Assembly (NCBI RefSeq): GCF_009914755.1
Contig: NC_060927.1
DNA length: 64,000 nucleotides
From: the human T2T-CHM13v2.0 reference genome, Homo sapiens
Direction: 5' to 3' (one strand)
Shown here: positions 1 to 12,096 of the stretch, in pieces
Numbering within the stretch: the stretch's first letter is position 1
How the letters are laid out: every line of letters begins with the position of its first letter
Made by a program: the position numbers and the translations under genes
Notes under the pieces: generated by a model
Databases searched by the model: none
What the model saw: the letters and a program-made list of their open reading frames with translations, nothing else
Told to the model about the DNA's origin: nothing

Positions 1-907
<907 letters not shown>

Positions 908-1890
908 CTATTCTGAATAGCTCCATACCTATTAAAGAAAGTGAATTCTACTAAAAATTGATACACCGAGCTTCATTAAAATTAGAAGACACACACTGGG
1001 AAAAAATATTTTCAAAGTATGTATCTAAAAATGGTCTTGTATCCAGAAAATATAGATTCTCAAAATTCAACATTAAACAAGCAACTCCATTTTTTAAAAT
1101 GGGCAAAAATATTGGAAATAGCAAAAAAGATATATAGATGGCAAATAAGCACATAAGATGTTCAATGTTATTAAGTGGTTGCAAATTAAAACCATAATCA
1201 GATACCATTACACACCTATTAAAATGGCTAAAATAAAAAAGACTGACCATAACAAATGTTGGTGAGGATTTGGAGGAACTAGAAGTCTCATCTCTGCTGA
1301 TAGAAAGGTAAAACAGTACAACTACTTTGGAAAACAGTCTTTTAAAATGTTATATAAACACTTATATGTCATGTAGCCACCCCTTCCTAGGTATTTGTCC
1401 AAAGGAATGAAAGCATATGGCTATACAAAGACATGTACATGAATGGTCATAATAGCTTTATCAGTAATGTAAAAGAAATACCAATGCCACGAATGCATTT
1501 ACTAAAGAAACAAATTATTGAATATCCAAATAATAGCATGCTAGTCAGCAATAAAAAGGAATGGACTACTGATATACATGCAGCAACATAGAGAAATCTC
1601 CAAATATTTATGCTGATAAAAGAAGCCTGACAACAAAAAGAGTTCATACTGTATGTTTTCATTTATATAAAATTTCATAAAGTACATACTATAGTATGGC
1701 AGGCCTGTTGCCACGTAGGCACTGGGGGGTTGAGTGGGAGGAATAAGAGAAAGGGATTGCAAAGACACATGATGAAACTTTTGGAAGTTATATATGGGTT
1801 ATTATCTTGATTGTGATGATGGTCTCATGGGTGTATACATATATTAAAATTCATCAAATGTTACATTTCAGAAAAAAAAGGGCTCTATGT
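908..1890 (+). mobile_element. Old L1 (L1M) ORF2 3' end and 3' UTR
   Basis: Typical L1 3' motifs (caaattaaaaccataatcagataccat, aacaaatgttggtgaggat, aaaattcatcaaatg). Confidence 0.8.
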
Positions 1891-1909
1891 CATATTGTAT
1901 CTCTCCTAC

Positions 1910-2348
1910 TGTGGTAGATTGTTGTTCAAAACTATTCTTTATGTCCACAGGAGAAGTATTCTTCCCCAATCCTTGATTTGATCTTGGCTGTGTGACATTT
2001 TTTGGCCAATGGATATTGGTAGATATGACACAAAAAGGAGCTTTAAATGTGGTTTTGCATTTGGACACCCCCTTTCTTGATTTTGCATTATTACGAAAAT
2101 GGCTTCCCCTGGGTCACTGTTGGTTGTTCATCCTGGGAATCAGAGTAAACACATGTGGGGTGGACCTGAGTCCAACCCACAAGAGGCCTAGCTGTACCTG
2201 CTGCTAGAAGCAGAACCACTAAGCTAAACATATCCTAGATCAGCTGACACCCAGTTGACTTGCAGACACCCATGAAAAATAAAACCTTATTATTATAATA
2301 GGCTACTAAGATTTGTGGTTTTTTACACAGCAATAACTGGCTGATACA
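1910..2348 (+). mobile_element. MaLR solo LTR (MLT1-type)
   Basis: TG...CA ends; ctgtgtgac..tttggccaatgga and cacagcaataactggctgataca motifs. Confidence 0.75.
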
Positions 2349-2429
2349 CCTACCAAAAATGGCCTTTTCAAATGTGAGATTCACAGCCAGTCATACATAC
2401 CTTTGAATCTTGGCTTCCCAAGAGGATCA

Positions 2430-2730
2430 GTTTCTCTTGTTGGGCTTGAGCTAAAGTCAGTTATATTTTCTGAGAATGGAAAATAATGAACAGTTTTGGC
2501 AAAAGATAAAAAAGCTTCACAATACAATGAAAAAGTTGTAGACTAAAGATATTCAATATTTCTTCTTGTAAACTGCTTGCAGTTTTGATTTTTTAAAATT
2601 ATACATATTCATCCACAATATAAGGCCATTAGTTGTGTCCTGCTGCAAGGTGTTCTATAGTGTGAGTAATGAATTACAAATTATAACCAAGTGGTTAATA
2701 TGCACTAATAACTTAAGATATGTGTAGTTG
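2430..2730 (+). pseudogene. Decayed myosin motor-domain segment (NNEQFWQKIKKLH; IRH*..KVFYSVS)
   Basis: Fragments resemble the myosin motifs TD.TFLEKL..H and IRHYAGKV.Y.V in the correct order; frameshifts and stops present; boundaries approximate. Confidence 0.5.
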
Positions 2731-3002
2731 GTAATAATGTGATTTAGTAGTAGCATTAGGTAGTCTAGATCTTTTTATGAACCAAAGTTACGCAGTTTCT
2801 TCTATGTCTGCTAAGGGAAGGATAATACTCTATAAGGGAGTGTTGAAAATAAGTATTATTTTAAAATTAAAAACAACCATATTAATCATAAAATGGAGTA
2901 AAATAGAAGACCTCAAACTGAGACTCACCCATCCCCACCAACATTTAAAATCTTTTGCACCTCACAGCTAAGTATCCAGTGAGAACTGATGGCCATACGA
3001 AC

Positions 3003-3131
3003 CCAGTTCTTCTCCAGAGGCAGGAACTGTTGGTTGCTTTATATCTGTCTCTATTCTCTCCAAGGGAGTTCCAGTAGGCCTGGGTGTTGACCTCAGGGGT
3101 GGTGTAGTTATTGGGCCTGATGAAATGATTC
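3003..3131 (-). CDS. ABI3BP: ABI3BP exon (GIISSGPITTPPLRSTPRPTGTPLERIETDIKQPTVPASGEEL)
   Basis: ctttacag|GA ATC...CTG G|gttcgt; 129 nt. Confidence 0.92.
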
Positions 3132-3179
3132 CTGTAAAGTAGAGCCAAAGTAGTCAGGCTTTATAGGAACACTGCCAAG

Positions 3180-3860
3180 TTTCCTATAAACATTTATTTA
3201 TTCCATAAATGTTTTTAAGCACTGACCATGTGGCTTGGCACTATAGACCAGGCTTGGAGAGAAAACAAGACCTGATTCTTGGTGGAGATAGATGTATGAG
3301 CCAAGTATATCAGAGCATTATTATAGACATTGTGAAAAAGTACTAGATAACATCACAGAGGGGGCGCGTAAGAAGAGGGAGTGGTTATGTCTGTGAGGAA
3401 AGATGGAGGGTTGTCGGTTTGGAGTGGGCAGAGAAATGCCTTCACAGAGGATGTGCCAATAGAGGAGAAGTTATTGGTAGGTAGAGACAAGAGCAGTATT
3501 ATAGACAGAGGTTATAACAAGAAACATGTCAGGGAAGCATGCAACAGCCTGGTGTGTTTAACTTGAAGGGGTACAATAAGAGCTGAGAGTGGAAGGGCAA
3601 GGAAGGGCAGATCATGAAAGAAGTTGAATACCATGGATTTGGATGTTATTTTTAGGGACTGAGTCACTTGTGTAGGCAAGAGAAAGGAAGGTGTACTACA
3701 GCAAAGGCAGTGGGACAGGATGTAAGGGGTGGACATGAGAGCTGTCAGGAGACTCAGTGGCAGGCATGGAAGATGGCTACAGAAGAAGGAAAAAGATTCC
3801 TAGGGTTAATGTCCATGATTCTGGCCTGGTGGCCAGTATAGTGCTACCCTGATTGCTATA
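3180..3860 (-). mobile_element. L2 fragment
   Basis: Antisense L2 3'-end pattern (aaatgtttttaagcactgaccatgtg) followed by a purine-rich L2-like body. Confidence 0.6.
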
Positions 3861-4299
3861 TTCAACAGTGACTCCTCCACTCTTAAAACACTTATAAGTC
3901 CCTAAAACTGGATCCATCCCAAGGTCCAGGCAAGTCTGGGTGTTTGGAGTCGAAAGGAGACTAGATTGAATTTTATGTTCCACCGGGGAGAAGGAGTCAC
4001 TTTTGGGCAATAGAGAGTCAAGGGATACAAGCCTGACCCAAGGACTATGACCCAGCATGGAATCAGGGCTGAGTAGTCAGAAGGGCCTCTGACCTGGCCT
4101 CCAGGGATGCATGTTCCTGACCCTAGTGAGTATGAGCCACAATAAGAGGTCAAGCAAAACCCAAGAGAAGTTGCACTGCAGTCCACAAGGGCTTTCCAGA
4201 GTTGACAGAGACAACAGGAAATGCTGGCATAGCATAGCATTTTCATTCTGGTGAGGAGAGTGGGACTCAGAAGCCTGGGTGGATCTGGAGATTGAGGGC

Positions 4300-4490
4300 A
4301 AGTGGCACATGTCACATGGTGGCAGCCCCAGACTGTGTTCACAGACACATGTGAGAGAGCCTCAGAGGACTCCAGGACATTGGACTGGAATTCAAGATAC
4401 ACTTTCTGTGATGCTAATCAGGCCAAATCTGTACCAGTGCCCTCAATTATGGTTTGGCTCCTCAGTGCAGCCATTTCCCTTGAGTTAGAG
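4300..4490 (+). pseudogene. Decayed myosin motor-domain exon (QTVF-RHM*ESLRGLQDIGLEFKIHFL*C-IRPNLYQCPQL)
   Basis: Matches myosin TV....RESL..L...(9 aa)HF[IV]RCI[KR]PN with two 2-nt frameshifts and TGA at the expected Arg positions; donor gag|gtgaat at 4491; 5' boundary uncertain. Confidence 0.78.
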
Positions 4491-4570
4491 GTGAATGGTG
4501 GAGGGTGAGGGTGGAGAGCAGGGACTAGGGTTCATCTCAGAAGTGGAATGTATTTACAGTTCTTCTTCAG

Positions 4571-4854
4571 GCTGGGTGGGCTGTACCAAAGCTATGTTTA
4601 CTGACAGGAGAGAACAAGGGTTTATATGGCAGGCAAGAAGGCCATCAAACAGCTCCTTAAGGCACACAGCCTCACAGCATTGCTCTGGAGGGGGCCCCCA
4701 AGTGGCACACTCAGGCATCACCCTGTGGCTCATCCAGTCTGATCTGCAAGCTGCTGGAGCTCAAGTCACAGCTGCCCCAGGTTACAGTAAATGGGGAAAC
4801 CCGGTCTCCTAGCAAGGCCATGTCACTGGGCCTTGACTCAGAAAGGCACCAGAG
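4571..4854 (+). pseudogene. Decayed myosin SH1-helix/converter exon (LGGLYQ-AMFTDRREQGF..KAIKQLLKAHSL..ICKLLELK..GETRSPSKAMSLGLDSERHQ)
   Basis: ttcttcttcag| acceptor after an 80-nt GT-AG intron; donor AG|gtatgg; motifs collinear with myosin LR..GVLEAIRI.RQGF / ACKLLL / G.TKVF.KAG.LG.LE..RD. Confidence 0.75.
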
Positions 4855-5194
4855 GTATGGATGGGAGGCTGCTTCCTCCTTCAGCCCATGGGAAAATGAC
4901 CTAGAGTTCACTGTGCACATGGGACGTCCTACAAGCTCCATCACAACAGCCTCCTTTCATCCTGTGAGAACAGTGACATCCACTCCCTTTCATGGCGATC
5001 CTCATCAGTTTCATCTTTCACAGCTGTTTTAACACTCTTATCCCGATTCCACCTACAAAATATTTCGGAAGTAGTGTTCTGGAGAGAGGGAGGAAAGATG
5101 GGGAACATGCTGAAATTTGCTGGCATGTCCTGGGTGAAGAACCCTCAGTATGAGGTAAAGCTTCTGTCTGAACTAGGTCAATTTTACTGACTCA

Positions 5195-5550
5195 ATTTCA
5201 TTCCTTTATTCACTTTGTTATTACTCATCAAATATCCTCTAAGTGCTAAGCACTGGATTTGGTTCTGGGAATTCAGAGAAAAAAAACCAAGGACTTTGTC
5301 ATCACAGAGCTCACAGTCTATTGGGGAAGAAAAGTATGCAAACAAACAGGTCTGACACAATTTTCTCTTTGCTCTAACAGAGGGGTATGTCAAGGACAAG
5401 AACAGAGAAGCAGTGCCAAGACTACCTTGAGGAGTCAGGGGAGGTTTTTAAAGAAAAGGATGAAGTCTGAGTATCCCAAGCCAAGCCTGGAAAGGGTCAT
5501 TCTATAGGGAGGAGGAATGTGTGTGCCCAGGCATGGAGGTAAGAGGCAGC
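5195..5550 (-). mobile_element. L2 fragment
   Basis: tcattcctttattcac...gagctcacagtcta antisense L2 3'-end pattern. Confidence 0.6.
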
Positions 5551-5779
5551 TTGCCTCCAAAACATATTCCTGTACTGTTGCACAGGCTAGGCCTTTCCGT
5601 CACCCTGAATATTTTAGTCCCAGATCTTCCCCTGAGCACCATAATACCAGGCCTGGCATGAAGGCTGTTGGATAGGAGAGCTTTCAGTGGGACATATAGA
5701 ATTTTATTTCAGGAGACAGAATGATAAGTCAATGACAAGTCATCACATCTATTATTCCTGGGGCCTTGGCAATGTACAG

Positions 5780-5916
5780 CATCTTGTCCAAAATAATCCA
5801 TTTGTTGAAGGGTCTGAGTCAGCTTCAATCTAGGCTCCAAGCACTCAGACATCTAAGAAGCAAACTTGCCTAGATGCAGAGGCATGGTTTCCTTCTTTCA
5901 GTCCAAGAATCAGGTT
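5780..5916 (+). pseudogene. Decayed myosin lever-arm/IQ exon (ILSKIIHLLKGLSQLQSRLQALRHLRSKLA*MQR)
   Basis: tgtacag| acceptor, phase-2 compatible with the 4854 donor; LSKII..LQ.R follows the converter as in myosin heavy chains; gtaagt at 5917. Confidence 0.6.
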
Positions 5917-6079
5917 GTAAGTCCTGAAAGCCATCATTTACAGTGTCTAGTCTTCAGGGCCAACACAAACGTGTCACACACATCAATAGTGTGCCTGTTG
6001 CTAGCACGCCAAGAAGAGCTTATGTTGGCTAGTAAAACCGAAATCATGGCGGGAAAAGGAAGGTACATGACTAACGTAC

Positions 6080-6172
6080 CTGCACTTCCTGGCTTTCCAG
6101 TGACATTATTTGGTGGTAAAGGTTTTCTTCGTGGGTGTGTAGGTCTGGGTGGCAAGGGTGGGCGGCGAGTCC
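6080..6172 (-). CDS. ABI3BP: ABI3BP exon (GTRRPPLPPRPTHPRRKPLPPNNVTGKPGSA), proline-rich PxxP/SH3-ligand-like
   Basis: aatcccag|GG ACT...GCA G|gtacgt; 93 nt. Confidence 0.94.
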
Positions 6173-6421
6173 CTGGGATTGTGGATAAGAGATTGTATTT
6201 TAGATAAAGCCATCATAAAGATTCATTATCGAAAAAAACAGGGTTTTTAAAAATAAAAAATAATGTTTGATAATTAGCAGTTGGATGACAGAGAATAGAT
6301 TCTACAGAAAAGTGCACACAAATATATTCAGATATTCCTATAAATAAATGTTGGTAATGTCCCCAGGGACAACAACGCACTGTAGTATATAGAAAACATG
6401 TCCTCATTATAGATGAATATA

Positions 6422-6716
6422 CAGTCGGGCCCTTCATATCTGTGGGTTCCCCATCAGTAAATTCAAACAACTGTGGATGGAAAATTTTTTTAAAAACCAC
6501 AATAAAAATAACAATACAACAACAGCAAAACACAAAATGTAACAATTATTTATATTGCATTAGGTATTATAATGGAAGATTTAAGTATATGGGAAGATGT
6601 GCATGGGTTATATGCAAACACTATATGATTTTATATAAGGGATTTGAGCATCCTCAGATTTTAGTATCTGAGGAAAATCCTGGGACCAATCCCCCATAGA
6701 TACCAAGAGATGACTG
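6422..6716. mobile_element. MER2-like Tc1/mariner (Tigger) MITE
   Basis: TA|cagtc...gactg|TA termini; internal ttgagcatcc/atatctgtgggttcc motifs. Confidence 0.8.
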
Positions 6717-7399
6717 TACACAGGTATATCTACTTTTTGAAAGGCTATAAACACGCATAGAATTTAACATCTTTCATTTTCCATGTAGACTTAACAGAAG
6801 CACTTCTGAACTTCATTATCCCCAGCTGCCTTTTATTTTGAGCCTACAATTTCTTATACCATTTTAGTTTTAAATTGTTAAAGCATAAAATTTCTCCTTT
6901 TGTGGGTGTTTTGATCCATTCTCAGCTCTATTATGTAATTATAATTAAAACCCTTTAGAACTTCTCAAAGACTACATCGAGGTAACCCTGATAGCTGAAA
7001 CAAGTCTGTATCTGTAGGGAGCAGGCTCACTGTGAACAGTTGTGGTAGTTGTGTACCACACAAAGACACTTGGCCCAGGAGGTGTAAGTGGGGGACAAAG
7101 CTTAGCACCTGCTCTGCTCATCCACTTATGAGCTCTCATGCAAGGCACCAGACAAGAGGAAGGGCTTTGTTTTTCTCATTGTCTGCCTAAAGGGTGGGGT
7201 AAACAGGCACCTTTTTATAATTTGCAGAAAGGTTGGTGAGGTCAAAGGTGCTTGGAGAAGTCTGCTTTAACCCACATTTTAAGTCTTGTGCTATAGTTAA
7301 ACAATTTATATCTTTTTTTGGCATAACATATGTTGGTTTTAAAATCTTCAAGAAAAATTGTTAATCCAGGAAAATGCCTGGTATACTAGTAAGAGAAAG

Positions 7400-7400
<1 letters not shown>

Positions 7401-7428
<28 letters not shown>
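7401..7428 (+). repeat. (CT)n microsatellite
   Basis: 14 CT units. Confidence 0.95.
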
Positions 7429-7430
<2 letters not shown>

Positions 7431-7927
7431 GTGTTCAGGAGTGTACTGGTAGTTGACATTAATAAAAGTCTTTATTCAATCCAAAGGTATTCTGAGTCAC
7501 CAGATTCATACTTTTGGCCTATTACATAGATCATACTCTTAAATCAGGAACATAAGTAATATCAGGCAAAAAAAAATTGTAATAAATTACACAAGAGCAG
7601 AACTTAAAACATGATAAAAACTAGAAACCACAGTGATTCTGCAGCATTTGTCCATTATGGTCCCTCAGAACATTATAGCAAGTAATGATTAAGTTAGTAT
7701 CACATCAGAAGTTCCTATTAATACTTAATTTGTGCACAGAGCACTTTTAATTCCTCCAAAGATAATATTCCAAATGTTTTCCTAGCAATACCCATGCACT
7801 GTGTGTGTGGTTCTGATACTTCGGGGGCTGTGTGGATGTTGCTGTTTTTGCCACCAGGAATGATACTGCAGTTACCATCCAAGTTTCAGAGCTGAGCTGT
7901 CATAAAAGTCAGCATGTTATTACTTAC

Positions 7928-8005
7928 CTGGCTTTTTAGTGGGGTGGGTAGAGTCCACTGATACATTTCTATCAGCACCTGATGGCCTGGGTGCTTGCTT
8001 GACCC
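7928..8005 (-). CDS. ABI3BP: ABI3BP exon (GVKQAPRPSGADRNVSVDSTHPTKKP)
   Basis: ctgctcatag|GG GTC...CCA G|gtaagt; 78 nt. Confidence 0.94.
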
Positions 8006-9589
8006 CTATGAGCAGAGATAATGAAAGGGAATAAACATATAGCAAAAATGTTCCATGGAAACTTGGTAGAGTTGCCAGTAATAACGTACATTCTTTGCAG
8101 AGCAGGAGCATTGGTGTTTTTATGCCAAGACATTTTACGGGCTTCTACTATCTGGCTATAGAAAAAAATAAAAACCCTACATTCACTAGTTGTGATGTTT
8201 TCTCTGTAGAATTAGCATTTCATGGTAAATTGTGGTTTTGTCCAAATCTTTCATGAAACTCATCCTGCACTGCCTTACTGGGTGGTATTGCCTCACCAGG
8301 TGGGATTTCATTTATGGTAACTGGCCACCTTTTGCCAATATTCATCAGTACATTTTGTAATTCAAAAAAAATTTTTTTCTTCCAATCCCTCTATGCCCAT
8401 TAAAAAAAACCCACACACATACACCTTAGAATTCCAATGTGTTTGGGTTTATACTTAATGAATTGACTTTAAAATTATTCCTGGAGTGGCATTGGCTATG
8501 AGGCTATTGAGACCACAAATGATCTTTTGGGATTTGTAAATTAGCCCTGGGCAGGCCTCTAACTCAAAATTACTGTTTGAAAGAAACTGATTTGAAAATT
8601 ACTTTGTGTGATATTTTGTCTCCTAAGCCCCTCAATAATCTCGTGGTTATTACTAGCCATTTGCCTAAATACTCAGGCTTGGACTTTGGGTAGCAATCCC
8701 AAAGGGAACTAATTAGGTTTTTGTCGTATTTTAAAAATTATTCTTTGATATTATAAAATAATCTTCCTTGGTTTGGGTGACAGTCTTCATTATAAAAGAA
8801 TAGAAACAGACATTTTTAGAATTTAAACAATAAAAATCACTTCAGAAATAATGACCTGTCCTAAAAAAGAATTCATACTACTTTGAGGACCTGACTGTAA
8901 TTTACATATTAAGAATAGGAATGAAATATTTACATTAATATACTAGTTAGTACATTAACAATGACAACAACCCTGTTTTGAGGACTCACTGTGTTCCAGA
9001 AACTGTTTGGGGACATTATATACTTGATCTCATTTAATGTGTGGGCAGATATATTAAATATACAACAGAAGCTTTGCCTCCCAAAAATATGATGACATTT
9101 TCACATTAATTTATGACATTCAGGGGATGAACCTAATATTGCAATCCCACATCCTCTGCTGCTTGAGTAAGAGATAAAATACATAAAATCATGGAGAAAA
9201 TTACATATGGAATCATGAATTAAACTTATTTGTGATAGGAAAAAAATGTTTCTGGGGGCAATGACTTTTGTGACTAATCTCATAGGCAGGCCACAGGCAA
9301 ATGGTTCATTAGTCTTCCTCCTGTGTCTCACTGTCAGGGGTAGTGGGGAAGGGAAATGGCTCATTTGAGTGGTTACTCTGTGAACAGCATAGGGAATTGA
9401 AGAATACCTGCATGGGGGTCACTGGGGTAACTTGGCTTGCCGAGGTTTGGTTTACCACGATTTCTCCAGGGTAACACAAAGTTTTATATACCCTAGAAGG
9501 CTAGTAGGCTGTCTTGAGTAGACCCTTCTTTACAGCCCTTTTCCAAATCTTCCTGCCCTTGAAAAACAAAGTATCTTGATCCAATACTG

Positions 9590-9785
9590 TGCAAGTGCCT
9601 TACATATTCATGACTTGACTTAATCCTTACAACCGTCTGTGTGTGGAATATAATCCACATCCCACAGATGAGAAAATCCAAGGCAAGGGGAGATTAAGCA
9701 ATTTGCCCAAGGTCTCACAGCTAGGAAGCAGTGGGATTCAGGCCTACATATGCCAGGATCCAAAGCCTATCTCTTCAGCACTAAG
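9590..9785 (-). mobile_element. MIR
   Basis: acagatgagaaaat...ttgcccaaggtctcacagcta core. Confidence 0.75.
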
Positions 9786-9844
9786 ATGCAAAGAACAGAG
9801 TACTTACTGTCATCTGATCATTTTCTTCCTGCTATTCCTCATAG

Positions 9845-10511
9845 TAACTCTGAGTGAATACATTCCCAGAGCCCTCTACTCTGTCTCTTGGGTGGCTTGA
9901 GCTGCCACCACTGTGTGAGGGCTAAATGGCCATAGCTGGCAAGCATGTGTTATCCAGCCATGCCACGGGTGTGTGGGACTCAGAAGGTAGTCCAAGGCTG
10001 CCAGCAGTCACTGACCAGGCATATGCAAGTCCACCAAGTCACAGGGGCTGGTAGGTTAGAAATCTAGGAGCTCTGAAGAGAATCCAAATTTTGCAGAGTT
10101 ACATTATACGTAAGACCAAAGATACAAATTCCCTTGCCCTCTTTTTTTTTTATCCAGGGAGAAACTGGAAGAAATGAGCCATTTTCTATGTAGGTGGAGA
10201 CAGAGGCATCATATTCTTATGATCCTTAGACATAAGTTCCCAAATCAAATAGAGAAGCAGCTGCAAAACTGGACTTTCTCCAGCCTTTAGAAATGGATAG
10301 AAGCCAGTGGTGCCTGAAAGCATTGGGAAGGGCCATGCAAAAGGCAGCTGTGTGGCTCGGTGGAAAGATCTGGGGGCAGGAGACTGAGCTCTTATTCTGG
10401 ACTTGCTCTCCTGCACCTAGCTGCTGTTGAGGCATTTCACCCGGGCCAGAACTGGAGAGACTAGTGAACATCTCTTGCCTTGAGTCAGAGGAGAGCAAAT
10501 GAAGGTCAAAG
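9845..10511 (+). pseudogene. Two candidate decayed exons (9845-9986 and from 10158) spanning an IQ-like motif QACVIQPCHGCVGLR|REKLEEM
   Basis: Polypyrimidine-AG acceptors ending at 9844 and 10157; donor AAG|gtagtc at 9987; the phase-2 junction continues an IQxxxRGxxxRR-like pattern; 3' end uncertain. Confidence 0.4.
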
Positions 10512-10530
10512 GTAGCAGAGAGGGAATGGG

Positions 10531-10599
10531 AAGAGAAAGGAGAAAATCAGTAAGAGAAAGGAGAAAATCAGTAAGAGAAAGGAGAAAATCAGTAAGAGA
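10531..10599 (+). repeat. 21-bp tandem repeat x3.3 (aagagaaaggagaaaatcagt)
   Basis: Exact copies start at 10531, 10552 and 10573. Confidence 0.95.
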
Positions 10600-11324
10600 T
10601 ACTGTAAAGAACAAATTCTCAGGAATTGGCACCCAATTAGACAGTCTGGCCCAAGCTGTGACCTGACTTCTTTTTCCCTCAGGCAGGATTAACCAACACA
10701 TCTTCTAAAGGGCAGAGTCAGCTCTGTAAGCATCAAGACTTGAGCCTCAGAATGAGCCCCCAACTGCCATAAAAGAGTCCTACAAAAATCTCTGGATTTA
10801 CATAGTTCACCCCTCAGCAATTTATCATCCAAAATGAAGTAACAATTTGGGTATTTTTAACCATGGTAACAAAAACTTTGCAAACAAACAGTAAACTGGA
10901 AATCGGTTCTTAAATGTACCAGTGACTTCATTCCCTGTGATCAAAAAGGGGTGATATTTATGGATGATTGGTTTCTGCACTCTTGTCCCAAATCTCAGCA
11001 CCTGGTTAAAAAGCCACGGGCAGGGAGCCAGCAGGCTGGAAGATTTAGTTACAGCCCAGAAAAACACATTCCTCAGCCTGAGGGGACTGGATTATCGTGC
11101 AGCACACTCATGTGGGGGCAGTAAATTGTGGTTCCCTCATTAGGGTGTAGAGAAAGGAGTCTAGGGTTCAGGTATTTAACAATATCTGCCAAATCATATG
11201 TGCCAAGGTGGTTTCAGAATTACACTTTGCCTAGTACATAATGGGCTTTCAATAAATGTTGGTTGAATGAAAAAAATAGCTGCACAACTTCCCTCAGGGA
11301 GAAAGTCAGAGAGATTGTCTAGCA

Positions 11325-11667
11325 CTGGGATTGGCAAACTTTTTCTATACTTGCTTTCACAGCACAATGGCAGAATTAAATATCTGTGAAAGAGACTGTT
11401 TTGCCCACAGAGTTGAAAACATTTATCCTTTACAGAAACAGTCTGCCAACCCCATGCTAGACAATAAATATTTTCACCTTTGTGGGCCATACTGTCTCTG
11501 CCACAACGATTCAACTCTGCCATAGTACTGTATAAGTACCTTTGTACACAGTACACATTGTACATAGCACAATGTGAAACGTAGATGTGTTTCCAATAAA
11601 ACTTTATTTACAGAAACAGGCAGTGAGCCAGATTTGGCCTGTGGGGCTGTAGTTTGCACAATCCCTT
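11325..11667. mobile_element. MER58-like hAT-Charlie MITE(s)
   Basis: ggattggcaaacttttt start; tccaataaaactttatttac; tagtttgc end. Confidence 0.7.
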
Positions 11668-12096
11668 GGCCTGGTGTGTGCATGGCTTGTAGCATCTCTG
11701 TAGGCAGGTCTCAAGGAGATTTTAATAGGTAGGACACATCAGCTAAGCTGGGACACGTCTCTGGAAACCATGGAAAAGCAGAATGCTAGAAAAATGACCC
11801 ACTTTAGACCTCAACCTCTGCAGGCTACTTTCTAACCTTGGGGTACAGCAATGTCTATCTACACATACATGCATAAAATACACATACATCAGGGAAAATA
11901 TCTAAAATGAGTGAAATAACATATAAAATACTGAGCTCAAGATATTCCTGGGGCTTACGGAATCACAAGATTTTTATAGAGACCTCAACAGTCAAAGGTC
12001 TGTAGTCCTTAGGCCTCAGAATCTGTTTTTCCTTTTTTAAGTCTTCCAAGGGCACAACCTTAGGTGGTCTAAGACTGTAAAGAACATGTCCTATAG

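Noticed and set aside
3902-4402. Longest ORF in the track (166 aa, minus strand)
   Set aside because: No recognisable protein or splice structure; partly the antisense shadow of the decayed + strand myosin sequence
4885-5154. 270-nt + strand AG..GT segment with a single stop (..SEVVFWREGGKMG..)
   Set aside because: It begins only 30 nt after the 4854 donor, too short for an intron, and the myosin motif series already continues in phase at 5780; not counted as an exon
9779-9900. Signal-peptide-like HLIIFFLLFLIVTLS in ORF 9643-9900
   Set aside because: It is the translation of a polypyrimidine tract next to a MIR and has no supported start
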